A stretch of DNA of 64,000 nt from an uncultured Flavobacteriales bacterium (GCA_902478645.1 CABSLV010000004.1:24411-88410); one strand, 5' to 3'. Shown: positions 20,488 to 30,156, counted from the stretch's first letter. The notes: generated by a model not told the origin, from the letters alone. Numbers and translations are program-made.

Positions 20488-21182
20488 TATTTGGTCGAGG
20501 GGGTGTGTTTCTTTTTCTTTTCGAGGATCTCGTCGATCATGCCGTACTCCAGGGCTTCGGGCGAGGTCATCCAGTAGTCGCGGTCGGAGTCCTTTTCGAT
20601 CTTTTCAAACGGCTGACCCGAATGTTCGGCCATGATGGTGTAGAGTTCGTCGCGCAGTTTCTTGATCTCGCGCGCCGTGATCTCAATGTCGGACACCTGG
20701 CCCTGCGCGCCGCCCATCGGTTGGTGGATCATCGTGCGGGAATGCCGCAAAGCGGCCCGCTTGCCCTTCGCACCGGCACACAGCAACACAGCGGCCATCG
20801 AAGCGGCCATACCGGTACAGATGGTGGCCACGTCCGGGCCGACGAACTGCATCGTATCGTAAATGCCCAATCCGGCATACACGCCTCCGCCGGGCGAATT
20901 GATATAAATGCTGATGTCCTTGGTCGCATCCACCGAGGAGAGGAACAGGAGCTGCCCCTGGATGATGTTGGCCACGTCGTCGTTGATGGCCGTGCCCAGG
21001 AAAATGATGCGGTCCATCATCAGGCGGGAAAACACGTCCATCTGGGCAACATTGAGCTGGCGTTCTTCGATGACCGTGGGCGAGATATACTCCCCATAGA
21101 CCGAGGCATAACTATCCAAACGATAGCTGGAAATGCCCAGATGCCCTACGGCATATTTGCGGAATTCGTCTTTTTCTTTCAT
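20487..21182 (-). CDS. clpP: ATP-dependent Clp protease proteolytic subunit ClpP
   Basis: [22 protein letters not shown] (active-site Ser) and MIHQP motifs. 1-nt overlap with the clpX start. A TATTTTTG -7 box lies on the minus strand at 21212-21219. Confidence 0.95.
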   Translation of the reverse strand: MKEKDEFRKYAVGHLGISSYRLDSYASVYGEYISPTVIEERQLNVAQMDVFSRLMMDRIIFLGTAINDDVANIIQGQLLFLSSVDATKDISIYINSPGGGVYAGLGIYDTMQFVGPDVATICTGMAASMAAVLLCAGAKGKRAALRHSRTMIHQPMGGAQGQVSDIEITAREIKKLRDELYTIMAEHSGQPFEKIEKDSDRDYWMTSPEALEYGMIDEILEKKKKHTPSTK

Positions 21183-21251
21183 TGCAGTATGCGTTGTCTT
21201 TTCTTCGGTTGCAAAAATAAGAAATCGTCCCGGTACTGCCCAACGGCGCCC

Positions 21252-22355
21252 TTACAGGACTTTGGCAAAAATATTGCGGTCGTAATCGCCGTACTTGTGC
21301 TCCACGTATCCTACCTTGGCGTATCCCATCGCCAGGAAATTGTTCTCGCTGTGGATATTGCGGGGGGAAATGGTGGCCAGAAGCTCCCGTATACCGCGCT
21401 CGCGGGCTACCGTTTCAAGATGCTCCATCAACTCCCGCTGCAAGCCCTGCCCGCGATGGGAAGGACGCACGATGACGAGTTTGATGTTGGCATACACCGA
21501 ATAGTCCTCCACTTGCCGGCCGAGGTACTGCACCAGGTTTTCCTCCGTATCGCGGGCAAAATAGAGAATGGCAAAGCCCACGAGTTCCCCCCGGGAAAAA
21601 GCCCCCACGACGAAATGGTTCTCCAGACAGTCGCGCAGCACCGAAGCGGGATTGGCCCGCAGGATCTGCTTGTCCTCCATCTGTGCGAAGGCTTCGTCCT
21701 GTATGGCCAAAAGGCCGCCCAGATACGGAACGCCGATCTGCGCATAGGTGATCTGCTGTGCATCGGGGTCTTCGCCATAGACAGGGCATCCCTTGGCAGA
21801 ACGGTACGCCTCCCACACCTGCTGGAGTTCCTGGATGTTCCCGAAATTGCCTTTGGCAATCTTCCGCCGGTAGATACAACGGTTGCGCACCGCAATAAAG
21901 AAACGGTAGGCGAACAGGTCGTCGATGGTCTCGATGCGCAACACGCCTTTCTTGCGCAGGACGTTGAGCACCTCGAAAAAGGTCAGGTAATTGGATATGT
22001 CGCTGTTTTCGAGCTGTTCGATCTCCCTTTCGGCCTTGCGGAGCAGACCTTCCTCCGCCTGGCAACTCAACAAACGCTGGTAATTGTCCAATGCGGCATA
22101 CACCCGTTTGTAATCGGGATTGGAGACAAAAGAGGTGTTGATGTTGGCGATGAACTCGGCCTCGGCGATGTCGTTGGTCATTTCGAGTTCCCGATACACC
22201 AGAATGACACCCACCGCAGCTACCACCAGCGACGAGACGGACAACAGCGTAGCCAGGATATGCTGATACCCCATCATGTTGAGCAGGGCCACGATCGCCG
22301 AACAGATAACGGCTGTGATCAGAATCAGCCATACGGTATGTTTTTTCTTTTTCAT
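21252..22355 (-). CDS. Membrane-anchored GNAT N-acetyltransferase fusion (2 TM + unknown middle domain + GNAT)
   Basis: Start trimmed to MKKKKHTVW at 22355. Two TM helices. The middle region has a NYLTFFEVLNVLRKKGVLRIETIDDLF pattern. C-terminal GNAT with an acetyl-CoA motif VRPSHRGQGLQRELMEHL. Confidence 0.7.
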   Translation of the reverse strand: MKKKKHTVWLILITAVICSAIVALLNMMGYQHILATLLSVSSLVVAAVGVILVYRELEMTNDIAEAEFIANINTSFVSNPDYKRVYAALDNYQRLLSCQAEEGLLRKAEREIEQLENSDISNYLTFFEVLNVLRKKGVLRIETIDDLFAYRFFIAVRNRCIYRRKIAKGNFGNIQELQQVWEAYRSAKGCPVYGEDPDAQQITYAQIGVPYLGGLLAIQDEAFAQMEDKQILRANPASVLRDCLENHFVVGAFSRGELVGFAILYFARDTEENLVQYLGRQVEDYSVYANIKLVIVRPSHRGQGLQRELMEHLETVARERGIRELLATISPRNIHSENNFLAMGYAKVGYVEHKYGDYDRNIFAKVL

Positions 22356-22446
22356 AACGCTTTGCTGCAAAAGGAGAAACGACATTTTGCCGATAAAGGT
22401 ACGCAAAATCCGCCGACGATCCCCCGGATTTCCTTCTCCGGCCCAT

Positions 22447-22478
22447 AAAAAAGGGCGCCGGAGTCTCTCCGGCGCCCT
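22447..22478 (-). terminator. Intrinsic terminator after tig
   Basis: 11-bp GC stem agggcgccgga/tccggcgccct with loop gtctc. A T6 run follows on the minus strand. Confidence 0.8.
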
Positions 22479-22502
22479 TTCCTATCGACGGCAAATGTCT
22501 GT

Positions 22503-23849
22503 TTACTTCTTCTTGGCCGCAGCAACCGCTTTGACGAATTCGTCGAGGGTTACTTCCTTGACCTTGTAAGGCACCTTCTCCTTGAAGATGTCCATCAGTT
22601 TTTCGCGCACCAGCATGTTCTGGATACGGCCTACCTCCTCGCGGTTTTTCAACACGCGCTCCAAGATCGGGTCGAGCTGTTCGTCCGGCATCCCGGCCTG
22701 ACCGTACTGGGCCATCTGCATGCGCAGCAGGTCTTTGGCACGCTGCTGGATCATCGCATAGTCGATGCGCACCCCGGCGTCGAGCAAAAGCTGCGTTTCG
22801 ATCAACTGGTAACGCAGGCTCTTTTCCGAATCCTTCATCTGCTGCTCGGCTTCCTGATCGGTCATCGGCTTTTCGGCCGAAGCCATCAGCCAGCGGCGCA
22901 GGAAGTCCGTCGGCAGGTCAAATTTCGTATTCTCGATCAGGTAGTCGATCGTATCGGTCATCATCTGAGCGTCGGTCTCGGTGCGGAAAGCAGCCTCGGC
23001 CTCCTCCTGGATCTTCTGACGGAAAGCCGCTTCATCGGCCACCGCCTCCGGACCGTAGAGACGTTCGAAGAGTTCCTTGTCCAAAGCATGGGGCTCGACG
23101 TTGGTGATGCGGGTGATGGTCAGCACCAGCGTATCGGCGAAGTCCTGGCACTCGTCGGCCGACTTGCCCAAGAACTGCGACAGGCGGGTAGCAGACTTGA
23201 AGTCCTTCGGAGATACCTCTACTGCATCGCCTACCTTCTTGCCGATAAAGTTCTTGGCATTCTTTATGTCGGCTACGATGATCATCCCCTCCTTGTACGC
23301 ACCGGGCTGGTACAGGTTGCCGTCCTTGTCGCGGGCTTCGATGTTGACTACCACGTCGGAAGCCTTTTCCACCTGCTCCATCGGCGTCATCTTGCCGAAC
23401 TGTTTGGCCAGGCTGGCGATGTGGTCTTCGATGTACTCGGGGCTCACCTTGATGCGGTACGAAACCACCTTCTTGGCTGCATCCTCGGGTTTTACCTTTA
23501 CCTGAGGGATCAGGCCGATCTCGAACTGGAACGAGAAGTCCCCGCCTTTCTCCCAGTCGATGTTCTGGGGCACGGGCAGAGGCTGTCCGAAAATATCGAG
23601 TTTTTCCTTGCGGAGGTAGTCGTCCACTGCCGCATTGACCACTTTATTGACCTCTTCGGCCAAGGCCATCGTACCGTACTGTTTGCGGATGACCGAGGCG
23701 GGTACCATCCCTTTGCGGAATCCCGGAATGTTCGCGTTCTTGCGGATATTGGCCAGCGATTTTTCCACAGCATCTTTGTAATCGGCCTGGTCCACATCCA
23801 CCCGGATGACGGCATTCAGGGCGTCCTTGTCTTCTCTCGAAACTTTCAT
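22503..23849 (-). CDS. tig: Trigger factor
   Basis: 448 aa. N-terminal ribosome-binding PGFRKGMVP motif and overall trigger factor architecture. Confidence 0.92.
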   Translation of the reverse strand: MKVSREDKDALNAVIRVDVDQADYKDAVEKSLANIRKNANIPGFRKGMVPASVIRKQYGTMALAEEVNKVVNAAVDDYLRKEKLDIFGQPLPVPQNIDWEKGGDFSFQFEIGLIPQVKVKPEDAAKKVVSYRIKVSPEYIEDHIASLAKQFGKMTPMEQVEKASDVVVNIEARDKDGNLYQPGAYKEGMIIVADIKNAKNFIGKKVGDAVEVSPKDFKSATRLSQFLGKSADECQDFADTLVLTITRITNVEPHALDKELFERLYGPEAVADEAAFRQKIQEEAEAAFRTETDAQMMTDTIDYLIENTKFDLPTDFLRRWLMASAEKPMTDQEAEQQMKDSEKSLRYQLIETQLLLDAGVRIDYAMIQQRAKDLLRMQMAQYGQAGMPDEQLDPILERVLKNREEVGRIQNMLVREKLMDIFKEKVPYKVKEVTLDEFVKAVAAAKKK

Positions 23850-23908
23850 GTTTGTTCTGCGCTAAAATTCTTGTGGTATTACCTTGATTTTTTCTCTGAT
23901 TAAGAGCG

Positions 23909-23939
23909 CAAAGGTACTCTTTTTATACCGGTTTACAAA
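23909..23939 (-). promoter_or_regulatory. Bacteroidota-type promoter for tig
   Basis: On the minus strand, TTTG (23936-23939), a 19-nt spacer, then TACCTTTG (23909-23916). This matches the TTTG / TAnnTTTG consensus. Confidence 0.6.
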
Positions 23940-23943
23940 AATT

Positions 23944-25377
23944 TTAGAAGCCTATGTTCATCGAACCCTCGGCCAGACGGTCGGCATCCCGCTCGGTAAC
24001 GATGCGGTCGTATTCGCCCTCGGGGTCTTCGGAAAGGCCCGCCAGACGCACCGCCGTACGCTGGGAGATGAGTTCCCGCCCGCCGTTGGCCAGATTGAGT
24101 GCCTGGATCATCGCCGAACGGTCGTCCACCATGAAAGGCTCGATGCGCTGGCTCACCTCGATCTGGTCGATGTAGGGTTCGAGTGCATTGTTGAGCACCC
24201 CCAGGTAGCGGCGTATCAGGTTCATGCGGCGTTCGAGGTACTGCCCGAAGAGCTCGCCCTTGTTCTGCACCTTCAGGTGCGCATCCAGGAAGAGCATCCG
24301 CAGGGCCACCCCGGACAGATTGGCCAGCCCCTTGACCGAATCGAACGAAATGTCGGGCGTCTGGGTCGTGCTGTAAATCATGCTGAGCAAGGTACTGATC
24401 TCCAGCCGGACGGACTCCGGAGCCTGTTGCCACGAAAGGTACTGCGCCGTCGAATTGGCCTCGCCTTCGATGATCGCCCCGGTCTCCCCTTTGCGGGCAA
24501 ACCCGCGGATCTCGCCCGTCACGAAGATCTTGGGCGAAGCGTGGTAATCGTTCGTATCGGCAAAATTGGACAACAGTTTTTCCAAACGCTCGATCAGAGG
24601 CTGCACATCGGCCCACTCGCTCTTTTCCTGCCGGCCGTACACCACCGGGATCTTTCCCAGGATGTTTTCCCTGCGCTCCACCAGCGCCCACGAACCCTTC
24701 TCCTGACGCTCGAAGCGCACGATCTCCTGGTCCGTGTAGGTCTCGAAATACTCTTTCTCCACCCCCGTCTCCACCGTGGCATACCGCCGGGAAAACGCCG
24801 TCATGTCGCCGTAGTGGTCGAACAGGGGGAACAGTCCGTCCTCTTGCGAGGGCGACAGCAGGGAAACGCGCAACTTGTACTGCGAAGGCGTCTGCCCCAC
24901 GAATGAAAAGCGCTCGTTGCGGCCCACACGTGCCCAAAACCCGTTCTCGGGCACCGGATACCACAGCTCGGCCGCTTCCGTCTCCCAAAGGATGGTACGG
25001 GCCAGACGGCGGTTGAGCGAGTCGATCTTGTTGTCGGTCAAGGTGCGCCGTACCGCCTCGAAAGCGCCCGCCTGTCCATCGCTGTCCGTGGCACAGGTTA
25101 CCTGTACCGGATGGCCGAACAGAAAAGCCACTGCCCGCTCCACGATGACCCGCTGGAGCGGCAACGCGATGCGGGCTACCTTTTCAAAACGCTCGATCTG
25201 TCCGTCCGTTCCCCGAACCGCTTTGTCGGGACGCTCCGAGATGTCGAATATCCGATGTCCGCGCGGGTCGTACTGTTGGCGCAATCGGGTGATCTGCGGC
25301 TGCGGCGTGGCGCGCCGGCTCAAGGCTTCGACCCATTCGTTGGCCGAGGTGCCTTGCACGAGGTCTTCTATTTTCAT
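23944..25377 (-). CDS. Phage portal protein homolog (SPP1 gp6-like), orphan
   Basis: 477 aa from MKIEDLVQGTS at 25377. Segment-by-segment resemblance to SPP1 gp6. Examples: NRRLARTILWETEAAELWYPV; GKIPVVYGRQEKSEWADVQPLIERLEKLLSNFADTNDY; ALRMLFLDAHLKVQNK; and a C-terminal LISQRTAVRLAGLSEDPEGEYDRIVTE. Confidence 0.78.
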   Translation of the reverse strand: MKIEDLVQGTSANEWVEALSRRATPQPQITRLRQQYDPRGHRIFDISERPDKAVRGTDGQIERFEKVARIALPLQRVIVERAVAFLFGHPVQVTCATDSDGQAGAFEAVRRTLTDNKIDSLNRRLARTILWETEAAELWYPVPENGFWARVGRNERFSFVGQTPSQYKLRVSLLSPSQEDGLFPLFDHYGDMTAFSRRYATVETGVEKEYFETYTDQEIVRFERQEKGSWALVERRENILGKIPVVYGRQEKSEWADVQPLIERLEKLLSNFADTNDYHASPKIFVTGEIRGFARKGETGAIIEGEANSTAQYLSWQQAPESVRLEISTLLSMIYSTTQTPDISFDSVKGLANLSGVALRMLFLDAHLKVQNKGELFGQYLERRMNLIRRYLGVLNNALEPYIDQIEVSQRIEPFMVDDRSAMIQALNLANGGRELISQRTAVRLAGLSEDPEGEYDRIVTERDADRLAEGSMNIGF

Positions 25378-25433
25378 TTCTTTTCGAGTTTGATTTGTTT
25401 TCGTTCCGACGGACAAAAGACCGCCTTTTCTCA

Positions 25434-25465
25434 CAAATATAATCAAAAAAGAAATAAAATCCAAA
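25434..25465 (-). promoter_or_regulatory. Bacteroidota-type promoter for the portal homolog
   Basis: On the minus strand, TTTG (25462-25465), a 20-nt spacer, then TATATTTG (25434-25441). It lies about 55 nt upstream of the ATG at 25377. Confidence 0.65.
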
Positions 25466-25527
25466 TACCTCTCCTCATGACAAAACTCCATCGACCCGCA
25501 ACACACTGCCACGCCCCGAAAAACCCC

Positions 25528-26001
25528 TCACCACCCCGAAGAACGCGCTTCCAGGGCCAAGAGGAACGCTTTGGCGGCCATTCCCCCCGCATAGCCGGTC
25601 AGGGATCCGTCGGCTCCCACCACCCGGTGGCAGGGGATCACGAGGACTAGCGGATTGACGTGGCAGGCGCGACCGACGGCCCGGGAAGCCCGGGGACGTC
25701 CTACTTGTGCGGCGATCTGCCCGTACGTGCGGGTTTGCCCATAGGGTATCCCGAGAAGCGCTCGCCATACCGCCCGGGAAAATGCGCTGCCCTGCCCTCC
25801 GAGCGGAAGGTCGAACTGCCGGCGCTGCCCGGAAAAATATTCCCCGAGTTGGGCGGTCGTCTGCGCGAGGAGGTCCGTGCGCTGCAAGACTTCCCCCGGA
25901 GAAAGCGGGCGTCGGCCGAAAAACACTTCCACCAGCCGGGAGTCTTCCTCTGCCGCGCCCATCCACCCGATGGGGGTTTCGAAATAGTGCATGTACTTCA
26001 T
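25528..26001 (-). CDS. ogt: Methylated-DNA--protein-cysteine methyltransferase
   Basis: YGQIA...VGRACHVNPLVLVIPCHRVV active-site PCHR motif. Start trimmed to MKYMHYFETPIG at 26001. Confidence 0.88.
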   Translation of the reverse strand: MKYMHYFETPIGWMGAAEEDSRLVEVFFGRRPLSPGEVLQRTDLLAQTTAQLGEYFSGQRRQFDLPLGGQGSAFSRAVWRALLGIPYGQTRTYGQIAAQVGRPRASRAVGRACHVNPLVLVIPCHRVVGADGSLTGYAGGMAAKAFLLALEARSSGW

Positions 26002-26263
26002 CGTTTTCTTTTTCTGCAAGACACCTCTCCGGCAAAGATAAACCGGGAGGGACATCCGGACAAGCCGTTTTCCCCATTTATCCACCGAGGCAATGCACAA
26101 GCGGCGCAAGAAAATAGGCTCCGTGTCCGCCATTTGCCCAAAGATTCGTATTTTTACTTCGCATTTGCGTTTACCCCCTGGGGGCTCCGCAGGGCAACGA
26201 CAAGGTTGCAAAGGGTACGTCCCAGAAAACAGCAACCTAAAAAAAACAGCACGAAAGAAAAAA

Positions 26264-27283
26264 ATGGCAAAAACCATCCTGGTTACCGGCGGGGCGGGCT
26301 ACATCGGCTCGCACACGGTGGTCGAACTCCAACAGAAAGGCTTTGAAACGGTCATCGCGGACGACCTGTCCAACTCGTCGGCCCAAGTGATCGACCGTAT
26401 CGAGCGCATCACCGGCATCCGTCCGGCCTTTGAACAGATCGACCTGAAAGACGCCGGAAAGGTTCGTGAACTTTTCGACCGATACCCCATCGCCGCTACC
26501 ATCCACTTTGCCGCGTCGAAGGCCGTCGGCGAATCGGTTCAAAAACCGCTGCTGTACTACCGGAACAACCTGGTGGGCCTGCTCAACATTTTGGAATGCC
26601 TCCGCCAACAGAACGGCGCGTTGGTCTTCTCCTCCTCCTGCACCGTATACGGCCAACCCGAACATCCGCCCGTACGGGAGACCGACCCGATCCAACCGGC
26701 CGAATCCCCCTACGGCAACACCAAACAGATCTGCGAAGAGATCATCCGCGATACGGTCAAAGCCTATCCGCAGGTGCAGGCCGTGCTGCTGCGTTACTTC
26801 AACCCCATCGGGGCGCACCCTTCGGCCCTGATCGGCGAACTTCCGCTCGGGGTGCCGCAAAACCTGCTTCCCTACATCACCCAAACGGCGGCCGGTATCC
26901 GGGAATGTCTCTCGGTCTTCGGCAACGACTACCACACCCCGGACGGCACGTGCATCCGCGATTATATCCACGTGGTGGATTTGGCTCAGGCTCATGTAAA
27001 AGCCGTCGACCGCCTGCTAAACAGGCAAAATACCGAGCCTTGCGAGGTGTTCAACCTGGGCACGGGGCATGGTTACAGCGTGCTGGAGGTCATCCGTTCG
27101 TTCGAGAAGGTAACAGGCATCCGCTTGAACTACCGTATCGCTCCCCGCCGCGAGGGAGACATCGAACAGATCTGGGCCGATCCTTCCCGGGCAGAACAGG
27201 TCCTGGGCTGGAAAGCCGAGCGGTCGTTGGACGAGATGACGCTCTCGGCCTGGCGCTGGCAGCAGTCGCTCAAACAGTCTTAG
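26264..27283 (+). CDS. galE: UDP-glucose 4-epimerase
   Basis: MAKTILVTGGAGYIGSH Rossmann start, YGNTK catalytic motif, 339 aa. Start trimmed to the ATG at 26264. Confidence 0.92.
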   Translation: MAKTILVTGGAGYIGSHTVVELQQKGFETVIADDLSNSSAQVIDRIERITGIRPAFEQIDLKDAGKVRELFDRYPIAATIHFAASKAVGESVQKPLLYYRNNLVGLLNILECLRQQNGALVFSSSCTVYGQPEHPPVRETDPIQPAESPYGNTKQICEEIIRDTVKAYPQVQAVLLRYFNPIGAHPSALIGELPLGVPQNLLPYITQTAAGIRECLSVFGNDYHTPDGTCIRDYIHVVDLAQAHVKAVDRLLNRQNTEPCEVFNLGTGHGYSVLEVIRSFEKVTGIRLNYRIAPRREGDIEQIWADPSRAEQVLGWKAERSLDEMTLSAWRWQQSLKQS

Positions 27284-27353
27284 GGAAATAACAACTGAGG
27301 GGGCTGGTGGCTTCCGTTTGGGAATCTTGACGAGAAACCCTCTCCTTTCTCCC

Positions 27354-27414
27354 ATATCTCCCCAAGCGGGCGAGGGCGGGCCTTTGGCCCGCCCTCGCCC
27401 GCTTGGGGAGATAT
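27354..27414. terminator. Perfect 29-bp-stem palindrome, probable bidirectional terminator
   Basis: atatctccccaagcgggcgagggcgggcc-ttt-ggcccgccctcgcccgcttggggagatat. Lies between convergent galE and the AAE transporter gene. Confidence 0.6.
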
Positions 27415-27430
27415 GGAATCTAAAAAAATC

Positions 27431-29101
27431 TCACGCCAAAAAGATCACCAACAACTGCGCCGAAAGTACGCGCAGGAACATCACCAGCGGATAGACCGTC
27501 GAATAAGCCACGGCCGGCAAGTCCGTCGGGGTCTGCTCGTTGGAAAAGGCCAAAGCCGGCGGGTCGGTCGTCGCTCCGGCGATCAAGCCGAGCAGGGTAA
27601 AATAATTCATCCGGAAAGCCAGACGCGCGATCACCCCCGCGACACACAGCGGGATCACCGTGATCAAAAATCCGTACCACACCCATATCAAACCGCCGCC
27701 ATCGACCACCGTAGCCACGAAATCCTCCCCGGCGCCCAGTCCCACCGCCGCCAGGAAGAGCGCAATGCCTACCTCGCGCAACATCAGGTTGGCACTGGCC
27801 GTAGTGTAAGTAACCAGTTTGAAACTCGGGCCGAAACGGCTCACCAGGATTGCCACGATAAGCGGACCTCCGGCCAATCCCAGTTTCACCGGCTGCGGTA
27901 CTCCCGGGAAAACAAACGGGATAGAACCCAGGGCCACTCCCAGGAATATTCCCACGAAGATCGTGATCAGGTTCGGTTCGCGCAGGCGCCGCATCGAATT
28001 GCCCAGCAGTTTTTCCACCCCCGCGATGTTCTGCTCCGGTCCTACGACCGTCACGCGGTCGCCCACCTGCAGAGCCAGGGCGGGATGCGCTACCAGGTCG
28101 AGTCCCGCACGATTGACCCGGGTAATGTTCACCCCGTAGGCACGCTGGATATGCAGTTCCCCGAGCAAACGCCCGTTGAGTTCACTGCGGGTAACCATGA
28201 TACGCCGCGAGACCAACTGTTCGTCCAGTTTCTGCCAATCGGCGCGGTGCATTTCTTCTACCCGTGAACCGATGAACGCCGTGATGGCATCCATGTCCTG
28301 CCGCGCCGCGATGACCAACAAGCGGTCTCCCTCGCCCAGCGTCGTATCCGAACCGCCTATCTCCACCGAACCGTCGGCATGCAACACCCGCGAAGCGACG
28401 AATTTCTTACCTACCAAATGCGAAATCTCCCGGATCGTCTTGCCGAAGATCGCGGGATTGTTCACCTGCATCGAAACGTGAGTAGCACGCGCCATCTTCT
28501 CGGCCGCACGGTTCTGCGCCGCTTCGGTTTCCTTGCCGTAATCGATCCGGAACACTGCCCGCAGCAACATATACACCAGGATGATCCCGATCACGCCCAA
28601 CGGATACGCCACCGCATATCCCATCGCAATGGTCGGATCATCCCCGCCCATATCCTCCACCGCTTGCTGAGCCGCACCCAAACCGGGAGTATTGGTTACC
28701 GCACCCGAAAGGATACCTACCATCGTGGTGATCGGCGTCCCGGTGGCCCAAAAGATACACAGGGTGGTCAGCACGCCCAATGCCACGATCAGGATGGCAA
28801 ACATGTTCAGGCGAAGCCCTCCGCGTTTGAACGCCGAGAAGAAGCCCGGCCCGACCTGCATACCGATGGTATAGACGAAGAGAATAAGGCCGAACTCCTT
28901 GACAAAGCCCAGGATCGAGGGCTCGATCCGCATTCCGATGTGGGAAAGGAAGATCCCGGCAAAAAGCACCCAGGTGATCCCCAGCGAAATGCCCCATACT
29001 TTGATTTTTCCCAAGAGTACGCCCAGGGCGATCACCACCGAAAAAACGGCCACCGTATGGGCGATTCCCGACCCGAAAAAAAGCTCGTACAACCAGTTCA
29101 T
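27431..29101 (-). CDS. Putative transporter, YidE/YbjL (AAE) family with two internal TrkA-C domains
   Basis: 556 aa. N- and C-terminal polytopic halves flank a soluble RCK_C-like duplication. Confidence 0.8.
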   Translation of the reverse strand: MNWLYELFFGSGIAHTVAVFSVVIALGVLLGKIKVWGISLGITWVLFAGIFLSHIGMRIEPSILGFVKEFGLILFVYTIGMQVGPGFFSAFKRGGLRLNMFAILIVALGVLTTLCIFWATGTPITTMVGILSGAVTNTPGLGAAQQAVEDMGGDDPTIAMGYAVAYPLGVIGIILVYMLLRAVFRIDYGKETEAAQNRAAEKMARATHVSMQVNNPAIFGKTIREISHLVGKKFVASRVLHADGSVEIGGSDTTLGEGDRLLVIAARQDMDAITAFIGSRVEEMHRADWQKLDEQLVSRRIMVTRSELNGRLLGELHIQRAYGVNITRVNRAGLDLVAHPALALQVGDRVTVVGPEQNIAGVEKLLGNSMRRLREPNLITIFVGIFLGVALGSIPFVFPGVPQPVKLGLAGGPLIVAILVSRFGPSFKLVTYTTASANLMLREVGIALFLAAVGLGAGEDFVATVVDGGGLIWVWYGFLITVIPLCVAGVIARLAFRMNYFTLLGLIAGATTDPPALAFSNEQTPTDLPAVAYSTVYPLVMFLRVLSAQLLVIFLA

Positions 29102-29316
29102 ACCCCTGTTTTTTTGAATGCCGCGAAATTAGCAATAATATCGATGCAAAAAAAGCCCCGAAACCGACACTTTTCTCTTCCGAACTGCCAGTCCCTCACC
29201 CCGCAAGCCAGTCCGCGAAAGCCCCCTCAAACCTCTCTATAGCGCCCCCTTCCACAAACAAAAGGCCCCGGGGACTCGCCCGAGGCCAACGATTAGGTCC
29301 ATTTGCCGGAAAAGTT

Positions 29317-30156
29317 CTACTTCGCCTTTTCGGCCATCTCCCGGAAATAATTGTCGAAGAAGACCAAATGATACTTTACCGAATTGGTCCAATACGACCA
29401 GCTGTGGCTCCCCGGACGGGAGATGAAATCGTGATCGATCCGGCGGTATCTCATCAACTCGTGCAAACGTTCGTTCACCGGATAGAAAGAATCGCTCGTC
29501 CCGCAGTCGAACAGGATCTTCAGACTGCCGGGTTTGAGCAGATACAACTGGTTCATGATGCTGTACTGTGCCCACCGCTCGGGATACTCCGCCTGTGAAC
29601 CCAACTTTTTTTCCATGTTTTCATTGGCCGGGAACGACTGTATGTCCAGTCCTCCGCTCATCGAGGCGCAGGCACCATAAAGATCCTGATGGCGGAACGA
29701 CAGGTAAAATGCACCCTGTCCGCCCATCGAGAGTCCCGTAATGCCACGCCCCTCCCGCGAGGCGATCGTACGGTAATGCTGGTCGATGTAGGGCAGCAGT
29801 TCGCGCGTCATGTAGGTCTCGTACCGGCTGGTGGAGTCAGCCGGAGCGTCCCAGTACCAGCTGTAAGGATTTCCGTCGGGACAAACGATGATCATGCCGT
29901 AACGCGAGGCGAGTTCCGGCAGGAAAGGCGCTTTCTTGATCCAGTTGGTATAGTCGCCCGTAGCACCGTGCAACAGATACACCACCGGAAAACGGGCGTC
30001 CTTGTCCGTTTGATACGCAGCCGGAGTAATGACCACGTTCTTGATGTTCTTCTTCATCGAAGCGCTCCACACGGCGACCGTGTCCACCGATTGCGCTTCC
30101 GCTGCGCCGCAAAGCACTGCAGCCAGGATAACAAAAAGCGATTTGAAGTGTTTCAT
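29317..30156 (-). CDS. Secreted esterase (putative esterase/CE1-like alpha/beta hydrolase)
   Basis: Signal peptide MKHFKSLFVILAAVLCGAAEAQ, VVYLLHG and the GLSMGG nucleophile elbow. Start trimmed to 30156. Confidence 0.75.
   Translation of the reverse strand: MKHFKSLFVILAAVLCGAAEAQSVDTVAVWSASMKKNIKNVVITPAAYQTDKDARFPVVYLLHGATGDYTNWIKKAPFLPELASRYGMIIVCPDGNPYSWYWDAPADSTSRYETYMTRELLPYIDQHYRTIASREGRGITGLSMGGQGAFYLSFRHQDLYGACASMSGGLDIQSFPANENMEKKLGSQAEYPERWAQYSIMNQLYLLKPGSLKILFDCGTSDSFYPVNERLHELMRYRRIDHDFISRPGSHSWSYWTNSVKYHLVFFDNYFREMAEKAK

Noticed and set aside
20487-21182. ClpP as a phage prohead protease partner of the nearby portal gene
   Set aside because: It is the first gene of a canonical clpP-clpX pair, has all cellular ClpP motifs, and is separated from the portal gene by tig and a GNAT gene. 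The proximity is coincidental.
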